DNA from: Candidatus Avigastranaerophilus sp.
Lineage (GTDB): Bacteria; Muiribacteriota; Ozemobacteria; Ozemobacterales; Ozemobacteraceae
Direction of reading: 5' to 3'
DNA: 49,153 bases
NCBI GenBank assembly: GCA_045639725.1
Contig: JAZUDR010000239.1
Coordinates: 1 to 49,153 of the forward strand
A program made the translations under genes and the position numbers. Positions within the stretch are counted from its first letter, which is position 1; every line of letters starts with the position of its first letter. Below are positions 6,835-16,216 of this stretch, piece by piece. The notes under the pieces were generated by a model. The model was not told the origin of the DNA and did not search any database. It worked only from the letters and a program-made list of their open reading frames with translations.

Positions 6835-9800
6835 TTATTTTTGAGTCATTCCACCGTTGCGGCCATACTTGGCGTGGGCGTTGGTGAATTCATCTGAAGC
6901 CATTGCGCCAGTAATTGATATTTCGGCTGCAAGAACGGTTGCAGCAAGGATTTCAGCAAGCTTCTTGGCTTTGCCTGGACCTGAGCACTGCATGATTTCA
7001 AGGCATTTCTTCTGGGTTGGAAGTCTTGTTCCGCCGCCAACAGTGCCGACCATTATGTCTGGCAATGTTACGCTGACCTGAAGGTCACCGTCAATCAGTT
7101 TCATATAGGTTGTACCACAGGCTGATTCAGCAACACAGGCCGGGTCCTGACCACAGGCAATGTATACTGCAGCCAGTGGGTTGGCGTAATGAGCCTGAAC
7201 ACCGTAAGAATGAGCCTGTAATGAGGTTATCATTGTTAATTCGCCCAATCTGACGATTCTTTCCGGAGTAGTGTGCAGGAACTGCTTAACAATGTCGGCT
7301 GGAATGCGGACAACGGCAGTAACCTTCTTGCCGCGGTTTCTAGTGAAGTTAACAGCGTTAACCTTCTTGTCGCCGGAGAGGTTGGATTCCAGGAACCAAT
7401 CGTAAATAGAGCCGTCATAAGCATTGAGGATATAATCAATTGCAGCTCTTGTTGCAATAGTTGTCATATTCTGACCAGATGCATCACCAGTTGAATATAC
7501 GAATCTGAGAACCATCTGAGTGCCGATTGGATACTGTTCTACTTCTAGAAGCTTACCAAACTTAGTTGTGCTGTCGGCTGCTTTCTTTATAGCCGCAAAG
7601 TTGTTTTCAATCCATTTACCGAATTTTTCAAGATTTGAAAGGGTATCGAATTCAAAAACAGGTGTTCTTATGAGACTGTCAGCAAGAATGCGGACTTCAG
7701 CGCCACCTGACATTGTAATTATCTGGCAGCCGCGTGCTACAGATGATACCAGTGCTCCTTCGGTTGTTGCCAATGGAACATAGAAATCACCGTCAGCTTC
7801 CTGGCCTTTTACCTTTAATGGGCCAACAACGCCGATAGGAAGTGTTACAAAGCCTGCGAAGCCTTCAATATTGCCAGAATATGCTTCTGGATCATCTGGT
7901 TTGGGCAAAGAGAAATTCTGATTGCTGAGATTGTTTCTGATGAATTCCTGTCTTGCTTCAATTGCTTCAAGAGAATAATCCAGCAGTGGAGGCATATCTT
8001 TTGAGGAAGCGGTATCAGAACGGTCTGTTTCGCTTATTTTGCTTGTATCAACGTGAGTGGCAAGGAAAGAGAACAGATCGTCGAAGGTTTCGACAGAGCT
8101 GCCAATCAGTTCCTTGAAGGAAATGCCGAAGCGTTTTTCAAGCTTTAACAGCATTGCAATAATGCCGAGAGAGTCTAACTGAATGAAAGAGTCAAGTCTG
8201 GTTGTTAACTTGATTTTTTGATAGTCAGCCTTCAAGAAATCTGCAATTTCTTTGCGGAAAGCATCGAAGAGCTGTTCATTTCTTGGAGCAGAACTAATCT
8301 TTTCGTCCTTATGACCTAATTCAGCTGGCTTGTGGTCTTTGCCACTTAATGCGTCGGCTAATTCAAAACGTTTAACCTTGGCACTTGCTGAGCGTGGAAG
8401 CGGCGCGCCAAGCATGAAGATTTTTCTGATTTTTTCTGGTTCTGGCCAGTCTTCTGTTCTTGTGCGGATGTCGTTTTCAACAAATGCGAGCACGTCTTTA
8501 GCGTCTTTGCCTTCAAAAACACCCTTGCGAGGAACAAAAGCCAAAGCTGGAACTTCAAGGTTATCAAGCATAATGCCGAAAACAGAGTATTCTTCAGCAT
8601 ACTTTAACATTCCAAGTCTTACTTCAAGTTCATCCGGGTAGACATTTACGCCTGAACCGGAAATGATTACTTCCTTGGCTCTACCACGGATGTAGATATT
8701 ACCAGCTTCGTCTGTAGCTGCTAAGTCACCGGTTTTGAAGAAACCGTTTTCGAACAGACTCTGGTCTAATTCAGGCTGACCATAGATGCCTGAGAACATT
8801 GTTGGTGAGGATACTAATAATTCACCGACTCCGTTTTCGGGATTGGCAATCTTGAATTTTACTTCTTCCAGTGGCTTACCAATTGAATCTGGAGGACAAT
8901 TATTGTTGAAAATAATGCCTGCACAGGTTTCGGTCATGCCCCAGCCCTGAGAGATGTGCATACCCTTGGAGGCTAATAGCATCAAGGTCTTGGGGTTTGG
9001 AGCTGCGCCGCCAACAACGATGTTCAATGGTGGGAGCTTTAAGTCCGGGTTCTGCATGAATGTCATTGCAAGCAAATCGCAAAGTCTTGGAACTGCAAGC
9101 AGGAACTTGGACTGATATTTCATTATCAGACCAAACATTTCAGCAGGATTCAATGTGTTGCAGATAATTGTAGTGCAGTGCCAGTAAAGGGGAGCGATAC
9201 CTGATTCAACAAGGGCAAATACATGGCTGAATGGGAGAATTGCAACAACTTTATCACCTGCACAGCAGTTAACAAATTTCTTTGCTAATTTGGCTGCTTC
9301 GATGAAAGCCTTATGGCTAAGCATGATTCCCTTGGGTTTGCCTGTTGTGCCAGAAGTATACATTAATGCGGCGATATCATGAGGTTTAGGGTCACGATCT
9401 GCTGGATTATGACTGCTGTTATTGGCTTTTATCAGGATTTCATATTCATCTTCGAATATGAATTTGGGCTTATAGTCTTCTGGGATATACTGATTGAAGC
9501 GCTGAGAATATTTGCGCATCATTACGATTGCGGCTGGTTTACTGTTTTCAATTACTGCCTGGAATCTATCTATAGCTGTGTTCCCGTCTAATGGAACTGC
9601 AATTTTGCCAGAACTTGCAATGCCAAGAAAAATAGGCATCCAAAGAAGATGGTTTTCGGTAACCATGAGGACTCTTTCGCCTCTGGTAATGCCAACTTTA
9701 TTCAGTGCTTCCGTTATTTCCTGGGATTTTTCTTCTAATTGCTTATAAGTAAGCTTTGAAACTTTTCCAGCCTGTTCAAATACTAGGGCATCAACATCTG

Positions 9801-9843
9801 CAACTTCGCTGATATTGGCCATTTTCAGTGTATCGCCAAACAT
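6835..9843 (-). CDS. Tri-domain fusion: acyl-AMP/CoA ligase (adenylation) - phosphopantetheine carrier - class-I-like HMG-CoA reductase domain
   Basis: I prefer the ATG at 9843 with AGGAG upstream; the track start at 9867 is TTG. Adenylation motifs are YTSGTTGKPKG (nt 9327..9359), GWGMTET and FKTGDLA. The carrier motif is QLDSLG, with the Ser codon at 8170..8172. HMGR motifs are LPIGVVGPL, VPLATTEGALVSS (around 7756..7776), NRGKKV, GDASGQN and GTVGGGT. Confidence 0.85.
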   Translation of the reverse strand: MFGDTLKMANISEVADVDALVFEQAGKVSKLTYKQLEEKSQEITEALNKVGITRGERVLMVTENHLLWMPIFLGIASSGKIAVPLDGNTAIDRFQAVIENSKPAAIVMMRKYSQRFNQYIPEDYKPKFIFEDEYEILIKANNSSHNPADRDPKPHDIAALMYTSGTTGKPKGIMLSHKAFIEAAKLAKKFVNCCAGDKVVAILPFSHVFALVESGIAPLYWHCTTIICNTLNPAEMFGLIMKYQSKFLLAVPRLCDLLAMTFMQNPDLKLPPLNIVVGGAAPNPKTLMLLASKGMHISQGWGMTETCAGIIFNNNCPPDSIGKPLEEVKFKIANPENGVGELLVSSPTMFSGIYGQPELDQSLFENGFFKTGDLAATDEAGNIYIRGRAKEVIISGSGVNVYPDELEVRLGMLKYAEEYSVFGIMLDNLEVPALAFVPRKGVFEGKDAKDVLAFVENDIRTRTEDWPEPEKIRKIFMLGAPLPRSASAKVKRFELADALSGKDHKPAELGHKDEKISSAPRNEQLFDAFRKEIADFLKADYQKIKLTTRLDSFIQLDSLGIIAMLLKLEKRFGISFKELIGSSVETFDDLFSFLATHVDTSKISETDRSDTASSKDMPPLLDYSLEAIEARQEFIRNNLSNQNFSLPKPDDPEAYSGNIEGFAGFVTLPIGVVGPLKVKGQEADGDFYVPLATTEGALVSSVARGCQIITMSGGAEVRILADSLIRTPVFEFDTLSNLEKFGKWIENNFAAIKKAADSTTKFGKLLEVEQYPIGTQMVLRFVYSTGDASGQNMTTIATRAAIDYILNAYDGSIYDWFLESNLSGDKKVNAVNFTRNRGKKVTAVVRIPADIVKQFLHTTPERIVRLGELTMITSLQAHSYGVQAHYANPLAAVYIACGQDPACVAESACGTTYMKLIDGDLQVSVTLPDIMVGTVGGGTRLPTQKKCLEIMQCSGPGKAKKLAEILAATVLAAEISITGAMASDEFTNAHAKYGRNGGMTQK

Positions 9844-9965
9844 GAGTAAAAACTCTCCTGTATACAATTTTTCAGTGAAGCATTATATCAGAAATTTATA
9901 AATAAAAAAAGACCTCTCTATTAGATGGTTGCCTAAAAATATAAAAAAGACAAAATAAATATTTT

Positions 9966-11210
9966 TCAGGCTCTTTCTACTAATAGTCCTTGTTTATCTG
10001 CTTTAATGCCTTTGGCCAGCATTAGTGTATTACACATAGCTGAGTCGTTACATTGCATACGGCAGGGCACATATTCTTTGGAATAGCCATGTATCCAGCC
10101 ATCTTCAATGGTTTCCCACAATATTTCGACCTGACGCCCTTCAAATTTTTTGAAAAACTCATATGCATACTTTTGCCAAACTGCTTCAACACGGTCTGAA
10201 CGTTCTATCTTGACTTCATTTCTGATCTGGTTTGGCATTGTTGCGGCCGGGGTTCCGTCGCGCTGTGAATATCTGAAGATGTGAATCTTGGAAAATTTTA
10301 TTTCATCAAGAAAGTTTAAAGTTTCCTGGAAGTCTTCTTCGGTTTCGCCTGGGAAGCCTACAATAAGGTCTGTGGTTAAGGCAGCATCGGGCATTGTTTT
10401 TCTTACATGGTCTATTACTGCTTTGAATTCAGCGGTAACATAGGGTCTGTGCATACCTTTCAGCACTTTATCGCAGCCTGACTGAAGAGGAATATGGAAA
10501 TGATGGCATGATTTTGGGGAAGTGGCCATCCATTCTATAAGCTCGTCCTTTACTTCGATTGATTCTATTGAGCTTAATCTTATGCGTTCCAGTCCTTCTA
10601 TTTTTTCTAATTCCTTCAGAAGTGGAACTAGTGAAGGTTTGTAGTGACCAACGTGGATACCTGCCAAGACAAGTTCCTTGTGACCTTCTGCAACAAGCTC
10701 TCTAGCTTCTTTTACTGCGTCTTCGATAGGTCTGGACCATTCAGGGCCTCTTAGATGAGCGACTATACAGTATGAGCAGAACTGACTGCAACCATCCTGA
10801 ACCTTCAGGTAGGCTCTTGTCATATCGCTTACTGGAGCGTGTTTTATCTGGTTTTCATTGCAGCATTTTATATCAAGTGAAAGCGCTGACATCATTTTCT
10901 TTAATGATTCTTCGTCACCATAAGGAAGTAGCCAGTCTACTTCAGGAACATTGCTGTGGCGCTTTTCTACCAATCTAGCTTCGCAGCCTGCTAATACAAT
11001 TTTGCTATCAGCTTTGCCGCGTCTTACTGCTCTGATAATCTGGTTGGCTTTCTGTGAAGCACGACCAGTAACAGAACAACCATTAAGAATGAACAGGTCT
11101 GGCTGTTTTTCGCTTTCTTCCAAACCAAATTTTCTTAATTTTTCTGCTATTCTTTCGCCGTCATATTGGCTAACCTTGCAACCAAGGGAACGTATATAAA
11201 ATGTTGTCAT
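9966..11210 (-). CDS. mtaB: MiaB/MtaB-family radical SAM tRNA methylthiotransferase (MtaB-like)
   Basis: The N-terminal UPF0004 region reads YIRSLGCKVSQYDGE...NGCSVT. The radical SAM motif is CSQFCSYCIV. A C-terminal TRAM-like region is present. Confidence 0.75.
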   Translation of the reverse strand: MTTFYIRSLGCKVSQYDGERIAEKLRKFGLEESEKQPDLFILNGCSVTGRASQKANQIIRAVRRGKADSKIVLAGCEARLVEKRHSNVPEVDWLLPYGDEESLKKMMSALSLDIKCCNENQIKHAPVSDMTRAYLKVQDGCSQFCSYCIVAHLRGPEWSRPIEDAVKEARELVAEGHKELVLAGIHVGHYKPSLVPLLKELEKIEGLERIRLSSIESIEVKDELIEWMATSPKSCHHFHIPLQSGCDKVLKGMHRPYVTAEFKAVIDHVRKTMPDAALTTDLIVGFPGETEEDFQETLNFLDEIKFSKIHIFRYSQRDGTPAATMPNQIRNEVKIERSDRVEAVWQKYAYEFFKKFEGRQVEILWETIEDGWIHGYSKEYVPCRMQCNDSAMCNTLMLAKGIKADKQGLLVERA

Positions 11211-11320
11211 GATAATTCCTTTTCACAGCAGATTTTACCCCAAACCTTATAAAATGTAAACCTAATCCCCAATTCATAATTTGTGGTATAATGTTTAAAA
11301 TCTTTATTTGAGGCGATAAT

Positions 11321-12616
11321 ATGAGCAATTTGGTAGAAACCGTTAATAAACTTTGCAGCGAAAACTATGAAAAGGTTGTTGAATTACTTTCTGGTGTAAT
11401 TGCATGTAAATCCTATTCTGGTAAGGAACAGGACTGCGCAAAGGTTGTAACAGATTTTTTCAGAGAAAACTCAATTCCTTGTTTTGTTGATTCAAGAGGT
11501 AGTGTATTAGCTGTTTCTACTCCTTACTCAAAAGATTCATATGTGCCGGCCGAAAAAGGTCAGGAATGGGTAAAGCAGGCTCTGGCAGACGCAAAGAAAA
11601 ACGATGCAAAAGTGCTTGTATATAATGCCCATATGGACGTTGTTACTGCTGATAATGCTGAAGAATGGACAGATGACCCATTCAAGGCCGTTAGACGTGA
11701 TGGCAAAATATATGGCCGAGGAACCTGTGACATGAAAGGCGCATTGGCTTCTATGGCTTATTCTTTGGTAATGAGCAAGAAGCTTGATGAAGTTTTTAAC
11801 AGGAACATCGTTCTGCTGGGATGTTTTGTTACAGAAGAAGAAGTTAGTGAAGGCATGGCTTTTAAGGATGTTTTTGAAGAATTTTCTCTGAAGGCTGACA
11901 TGGTTCTTCTTGGCGAACCTTCTAAGATGCAGATATCAAGAGGTCAGCGCGGTAAACTTGAAATGTGTGTTGAAACAACAGGTATCCCTTCTCATACTTC
12001 AGTGCCAGAAACTGCTGTAAGTGCAGCTTATAAACTGGCAGACGTTCTTAAGGCTGTTGAAAAATTCGAGCTTGATGAAAGAGAAAAATACGGCTTAGGG
12101 GCTGAAAATACATTAAAGCGAACTACTCTTGCTGTTGCTTCAATTGAAAGCTGGCCAAAGAACAGAAGCTTTGTCCCTGACAGAGCTGCCGCCTACGTTA
12201 CCGGCAGATTAGCCTTGGGGCAGACAATGAAAACAGTATGTGAACGTCTTGAAAAATCAGAAAAATGGCCAGAAGGAACGACTTTCGAGCATTTTGTTTA
12301 TCATGGAAAATCTTATAAAGGTAAGAAGAGTGAATGGGTTTCAGAACACTCAGGTTGGGAAACCCCTGTTGAATCAGAATTTTTTAAGCTGACCTCTGAA
12401 GCCTATAAAGCTTTGACTGGTAAAGAACCAGTTCATAAAATATGGCCTTTCTCAACAGACGGGGTTTATAGTGCCAGTAGGGCAGGTATTCCAACATTAG
12501 GCTTAGGCCCCGGCTACGAAGAAATGGCCCACAAAATAGACGAATGGGTAACCGAAGAAGATTTCTCCCTATCCTTCAGAATCTACACCTTATTGCCATT
12601 TATAAACAATAAATAA
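11321..12616 (+). CDS. M20-family metallohydrolase (ArgE/DapE/YgeY-like)
   Basis: YNAHMDVVTADNAEEWTDDPFKAVRRDGKIYGRGTCDMKG carries the HxD...GRG.xDMKG metal/catalytic motifs. LGCFVTEEEVSEG supplies the EE motif. Confidence 0.75.
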   Translation: MSNLVETVNKLCSENYEKVVELLSGVIACKSYSGKEQDCAKVVTDFFRENSIPCFVDSRGSVLAVSTPYSKDSYVPAEKGQEWVKQALADAKKNDAKVLVYNAHMDVVTADNAEEWTDDPFKAVRRDGKIYGRGTCDMKGALASMAYSLVMSKKLDEVFNRNIVLLGCFVTEEEVSEGMAFKDVFEEFSLKADMVLLGEPSKMQISRGQRGKLEMCVETTGIPSHTSVPETAVSAAYKLADVLKAVEKFELDEREKYGLGAENTLKRTTLAVASIESWPKNRSFVPDRAAAYVTGRLALGQTMKTVCERLEKSEKWPEGTTFEHFVYHGKSYKGKKSEWVSEHSGWETPVESEFFKLTSEAYKALTGKEPVHKIWPFSTDGVYSASRAGIPTLGLGPGYEEMAHKIDEWVTEEDFSLSFRIYTLLPFINNK

Positions 12617-12696
12617 AAGACTTTCGCATAGCAAAGAGAACCTAAAAGCAGCAGAAATCATCTAATACCGAGGCTAAAAAAATCGGCCTGCGTCTA

Positions 12697-12730
12697 CCCC
12701 CTTTCGTAAAGGGGGACTAAGGGGGATTTT
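12697..12730. terminator. Possible shared terminator between the convergent M20 and DUF218 genes
   Basis: The hairpin is ccccc-ttt-cgt-aaa-ggggg (12697..12715). A second ggggg followed by atttt could pair as an alternative. A T-run lies some distance away on the minus strand. Confidence 0.35.
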
Positions 12731-12778
12731 CGGCCTGCTTGGCTGTTTATCCGTCCTCATCCTGTTATCCGTTGCTAA

Positions 12779-13576
12779 TCAAATTCTTCCGTTGATCCAA
12801 TACCACACCAAGCCTATCCATTCATGCATTGCTGCCCTGAACATTGACATATTGTCATCTGCGTAGACCGTTGTCTGGTTATTATGTGACGGGGCGGGGT
12901 AGACTTCTTCGAAGCCTGCTTTTTTGAATGTGAGACATGAACGGTAAATATGACCGTTACTGGTTGTTAGAAGTATTTTGCTGATACCATCCTCTGCCAG
13001 TCGCTTTCTGGCATAAGTGGCTTCTGTTTCCGTTGTTTTTATTTCTTCGCTTTTGAAAATAGTAATCTTGTCCTGGGGTATATCAAGCATCTGGGTTAAA
13101 GAAGCGACAGCATAATATTCCTGTAATTCATTGATAGGCGAGAACCCGGTGCTGATGTAAAGGTGTTCAGCCTGTCCGTTTTTTACAAGCTCGGCACCAT
13201 GAATTATTCTCTGGTAAGTCGCATAACATGGGTCGCCAGCCAGAGTTGCACCAGAAGCAAGGACAAGAACAGCTTTTGCTTTTTGTGTGGAATGCTCCAT
13301 TATTAGTGGCACTGTCATGTAACCGCCTATTGGAAAAGCCATTATTAGCAGAATAAAAGCAAAAATAATGCATGAACCTTTTTGAAAATCTATCTGATGT
13401 TCGCGCAGTATGCTGTTTTTTATGGCAGAGTTGTCTTTGAATATGTATATAAGTGATGCTATAGCATAGATTATGGCAAAGAAATACGAGGGTACTACGT
13501 GCAATTGTTGATATATTATAAAAGCGATAAAAGGTAGCAGCAAAAACACAAGTTTACATAATAATTTTGATTTCAT
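12779..13576 (-). CDS. DUF218 (YdcF/ElyC/SanA-like) membrane protein
   Basis: N-terminal TM helices are followed by VLVLASGATLAGDP...RIIHGAELVKNGQAEHLYISTG and LLTTSNGHIYRSCLTFKKAG, the typical DUF218 blocks. Confidence 0.65.
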   Translation of the reverse strand: MKSKLLCKLVFLLLPFIAFIIYQQLHVVPSYFFAIIYAIASLIYIFKDNSAIKNSILREHQIDFQKGSCIIFAFILLIMAFPIGGYMTVPLIMEHSTQKAKAVLVLASGATLAGDPCYATYQRIIHGAELVKNGQAEHLYISTGFSPINELQEYYAVASLTQMLDIPQDKITIFKSEEIKTTETEATYARKRLAEDGISKILLTTSNGHIYRSCLTFKKAGFEEVYPAPSHNNQTTVYADDNMSMFRAAMHEWIGLVWYWINGRI

Positions 13577-13583
13577 ACTTCTG

Positions 13584-15782
13584 TTATTTTCTTTGTCGAG
13601 TTATGGTAGTATTGCGCTGAACAAATCGCCAGCACCATTTTGCGAGCTTTTCTCTTAATACTAAGTGATTTTCTATGCACTCATCAAAGCAGTTATCATT
13701 AAGGATTAGCCTTAATTGCTCCTGAGCTGCCTGATAAAGAGTGCGACCATCCTCTAGTATTTCTGCCAGCTGAGTATCTACAACCCTTTCAGAATGAAAG
13801 GAATTCATGATTGAATCGGCTAATATCGCCATCGTCAGATAGCGGTCTTTGACAATAATATCTACCGACATTTCTTCCCGTGATAGTGGCGGATTCATTC
13901 TGGAACTTATTCTGTTCAGAATTTCATAGCCGGGTAGGGCTAACATAAAAATGTGGGCCTGAAGTAAACGTTCAGGTTCTTTTTTGAAAAGCTCTCTATT
14001 CATGTTGAACAGCCTGTAATAGAGATTCTGGCTTTCTACCGATAAACTGTTTACTGGAATGATTTCTTCGGATTTGTCCAAGTTATTATTTGGTATTCTT
14101 GGCAAATCACTTATCATATCGTCCATTGCGCCAACAATTTCAGGATTAGTGAATGGGTTAACAGGCTTTGAATCAGGCGCAAGAACAATTGTTTTATGTT
14201 CTTTGCCTAATAAGGTTGGCATTGCTTTTGAGTGCTGATCTATGCAGATTTTCACATCCTGCGGTCCAGGGAGTTTTCTTACAGGTATTTTGGTCAGATT
14301 TGGCTTTCCGCCAGCTTTTTCTACTAGTATCTTTATTTGCCATTTGTTAAAGGCTGTGGTAGCTAGCAATAATAGTGAATATATGGCTATAATTGTTGTT
14401 GTCCCCATGTTTCCAACGTAAAAATACATTCCTGGTATAGATTTGGCGTATTCCAAAAAACCTAAGAGAGTATCTAGCAAAACAGATAAACCTGGAGACA
14501 GGAACACTGCTAACGGTATGGAAATCATTGATAAAATGGCTATGAAAAAGGCCGTTGGAAGTATGAATGTAAAGGTCCAAAGTATCAATGGGTTAACAAG
14601 CAGGGCAGAAATAGAAACAGTGCCGAAAAGATACGCAACCATAGGCATTGTTCCAATATTGGCTGCAAATGTTACTGCAAGATATCTGCTTAATACATCC
14701 GGCATGTGTAATTTCGATATCGCAAATTCAAAAGGCTTGCGTAGGAAAATTATTGATAATACTGCTATAAAGCTTAATACGAAGGCCGCGCTTTTTAATA
14801 GGGCAGGGTCGTAAAGAAGCATAATGAAAGCTGCTATTGATATTGGTCGTATTGGTGACGATGCTGATTCCAGATGTATGACTGTTGCTACTGAAATATA
14901 CATTATCAGTGCGCGCCATATTGAGGGACTGCCGACTGTTACTGTTGCATAGAATGCCAGCATGATTGATATCAATACGCTTCTTGATATTGGCGGTATC
15001 TTAAACCAATGAAGTATAGAGGCAACTAGAAATACCAGTATCATAATATGCTGACCGGATATTGCCAGCAGATGACTTACACCGGTTTCTGTGAAAATGC
15101 TTTTATCAGAAATCTGTGCTGTGTCTCCAAGTATGAAACCGGCTATCATGGCTGCGTGCTCTTTCTTTAATACAGAAGTTAAACCATGAATGATTTTTCC
15201 TTGAATTGTTTTGGAAACTGCGGATAAAGAATTGACACCGGATTCAAAGTTTGTAAAGCTGGCTACATTGAAGGTTGGACGCTTATCGAAGTCGATAATT
15301 CTCATGGTGCCTGTCATTGAATAATACTGCTCTGGATAAAGTCTTTCGCGATTAACTGTGCATCTGCAGTTTATTTCGATTGGAAGTGTTATTTCCTGTT
15401 CATTTGTCTGATAGACAAGCTTATCGAAAGTATAATTGATTTTGTTGCCGGATCTGTTTGATTTGCCTGTATAGCGCCCTGATAATGTGCCTGTTGAGTT
15501 GTCTAGCAGCAGTAAATCTGAAAAGTCAGTTTCGGGTAAATATCTGACAGAACCATAAAACATTGATGAGAACAATGCTGCGACAAGAAGGCTGACTGTT
15601 TTATGCTGATTGTTTTTCAGGAAAAACGATAGGACGAATGCGCCCAAAGCAAGGCCTAGCCATGCAATGTAAGAATCAGATGTGAATCTTTCAGATAGCA
15701 AAAGACCTGATATGAATATTGCTACAAAAATAGAGAATATTTCAGGATAAGAATTGAATAGCTTTGGAGTTTTCTTTTTCAT
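13584..15782 (-). CDS. comEC: ComEC/Rec2 DNA internalisation channel (no recognisable metallo-beta-lactamase domain)
   Basis: The competence-domain hallmark TGVSHLLAISGQHIMIL sits within a polytopic membrane core. The C-terminal ~230 aa are soluble and helical, with no HxHxDH motif. Confidence 0.8.
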   Translation of the reverse strand: MKKKTPKLFNSYPEIFSIFVAIFISGLLLSERFTSDSYIAWLGLALGAFVLSFFLKNNQHKTVSLLVAALFSSMFYGSVRYLPETDFSDLLLLDNSTGTLSGRYTGKSNRSGNKINYTFDKLVYQTNEQEITLPIEINCRCTVNRERLYPEQYYSMTGTMRIIDFDKRPTFNVASFTNFESGVNSLSAVSKTIQGKIIHGLTSVLKKEHAAMIAGFILGDTAQISDKSIFTETGVSHLLAISGQHIMILVFLVASILHWFKIPPISRSVLISIMLAFYATVTVGSPSIWRALIMYISVATVIHLESASSPIRPISIAAFIMLLYDPALLKSAAFVLSFIAVLSIIFLRKPFEFAISKLHMPDVLSRYLAVTFAANIGTMPMVAYLFGTVSISALLVNPLILWTFTFILPTAFFIAILSMISIPLAVFLSPGLSVLLDTLLGFLEYAKSIPGMYFYVGNMGTTTIIAIYSLLLLATTAFNKWQIKILVEKAGGKPNLTKIPVRKLPGPQDVKICIDQHSKAMPTLLGKEHKTIVLAPDSKPVNPFTNPEIVGAMDDMISDLPRIPNNNLDKSEEIIPVNSLSVESQNLYYRLFNMNRELFKKEPERLLQAHIFMLALPGYEILNRISSRMNPPLSREEMSVDIIVKDRYLTMAILADSIMNSFHSERVVDTQLAEILEDGRTLYQAAQEQLRLILNDNCFDECIENHLVLREKLAKWCWRFVQRNTTITRQRK

Positions 15783-16216
15783 AGATCTGTAATTTCCTGT
15801 TCGGAGGAATCTATTCTTACTCCTGCGTCTTTCAATATCTGTATCTGAATAGGTGATATGCTCTTAATTCTTCTTTGGAAATTCTTCCAGCTATAAAATG
15901 GGGATATCTTTCTTTCTTCAATTATTGCTAATGCTTTTTGGCGGCCAATTCCCGGACAGCACATCAAGTCTTCCAGGCTGGAATCATTGATGATTACTTT
16001 ACTTGGAGAAATTTTGCCTTTCTGTTCTACTTCAAGAATCTCTACGTTTGTGCCATCGTCGGACATAGAAATTTCTGCATGATTGCTGCCTTTTATTACG
16101 GCGTCTTTTAAGAATATGCGCTTAGGGGCAAAGGACAGATAGAAAATGCCTGATAGTATTACTATAGCTATCAATATTCTTATCTGAATCTGTTCTGTTC
16201 TGTTCAGGCTAAGCAA
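15779..16216 (-). CDS. comEA: ComEA-like helix-hairpin-helix DNA-binding protein
   Basis: An N-terminal TM anchor is followed by LEDLMCCPGIGRQKALAIIEERK (HhH motif). Its stop overlaps the comEC start (ATGA). Confidence 0.65.
   Translation of the reverse strand: MLSLNRTEQIQIRILIAIVILSGIFYLSFAPKRIFLKDAVIKGSNHAEISMSDDGTNVEILEVEQKGKISPSKVIINDSSLEDLMCCPGIGRQKALAIIEERKISPFYSWKNFQRRIKSISPIQIQILKDAGVRIDSSEQEITDL

Noticed and set aside
6835-7980. The HMG-CoA reductase domain read as evidence for a mevalonate pathway.
   Set aside because: The domain is fused in-frame to an adenylation-carrier didomain, and no HMG-CoA synthase or mevalonate kinase genes are nearby. A free-CoA metabolic role is not the parsimonious reading.
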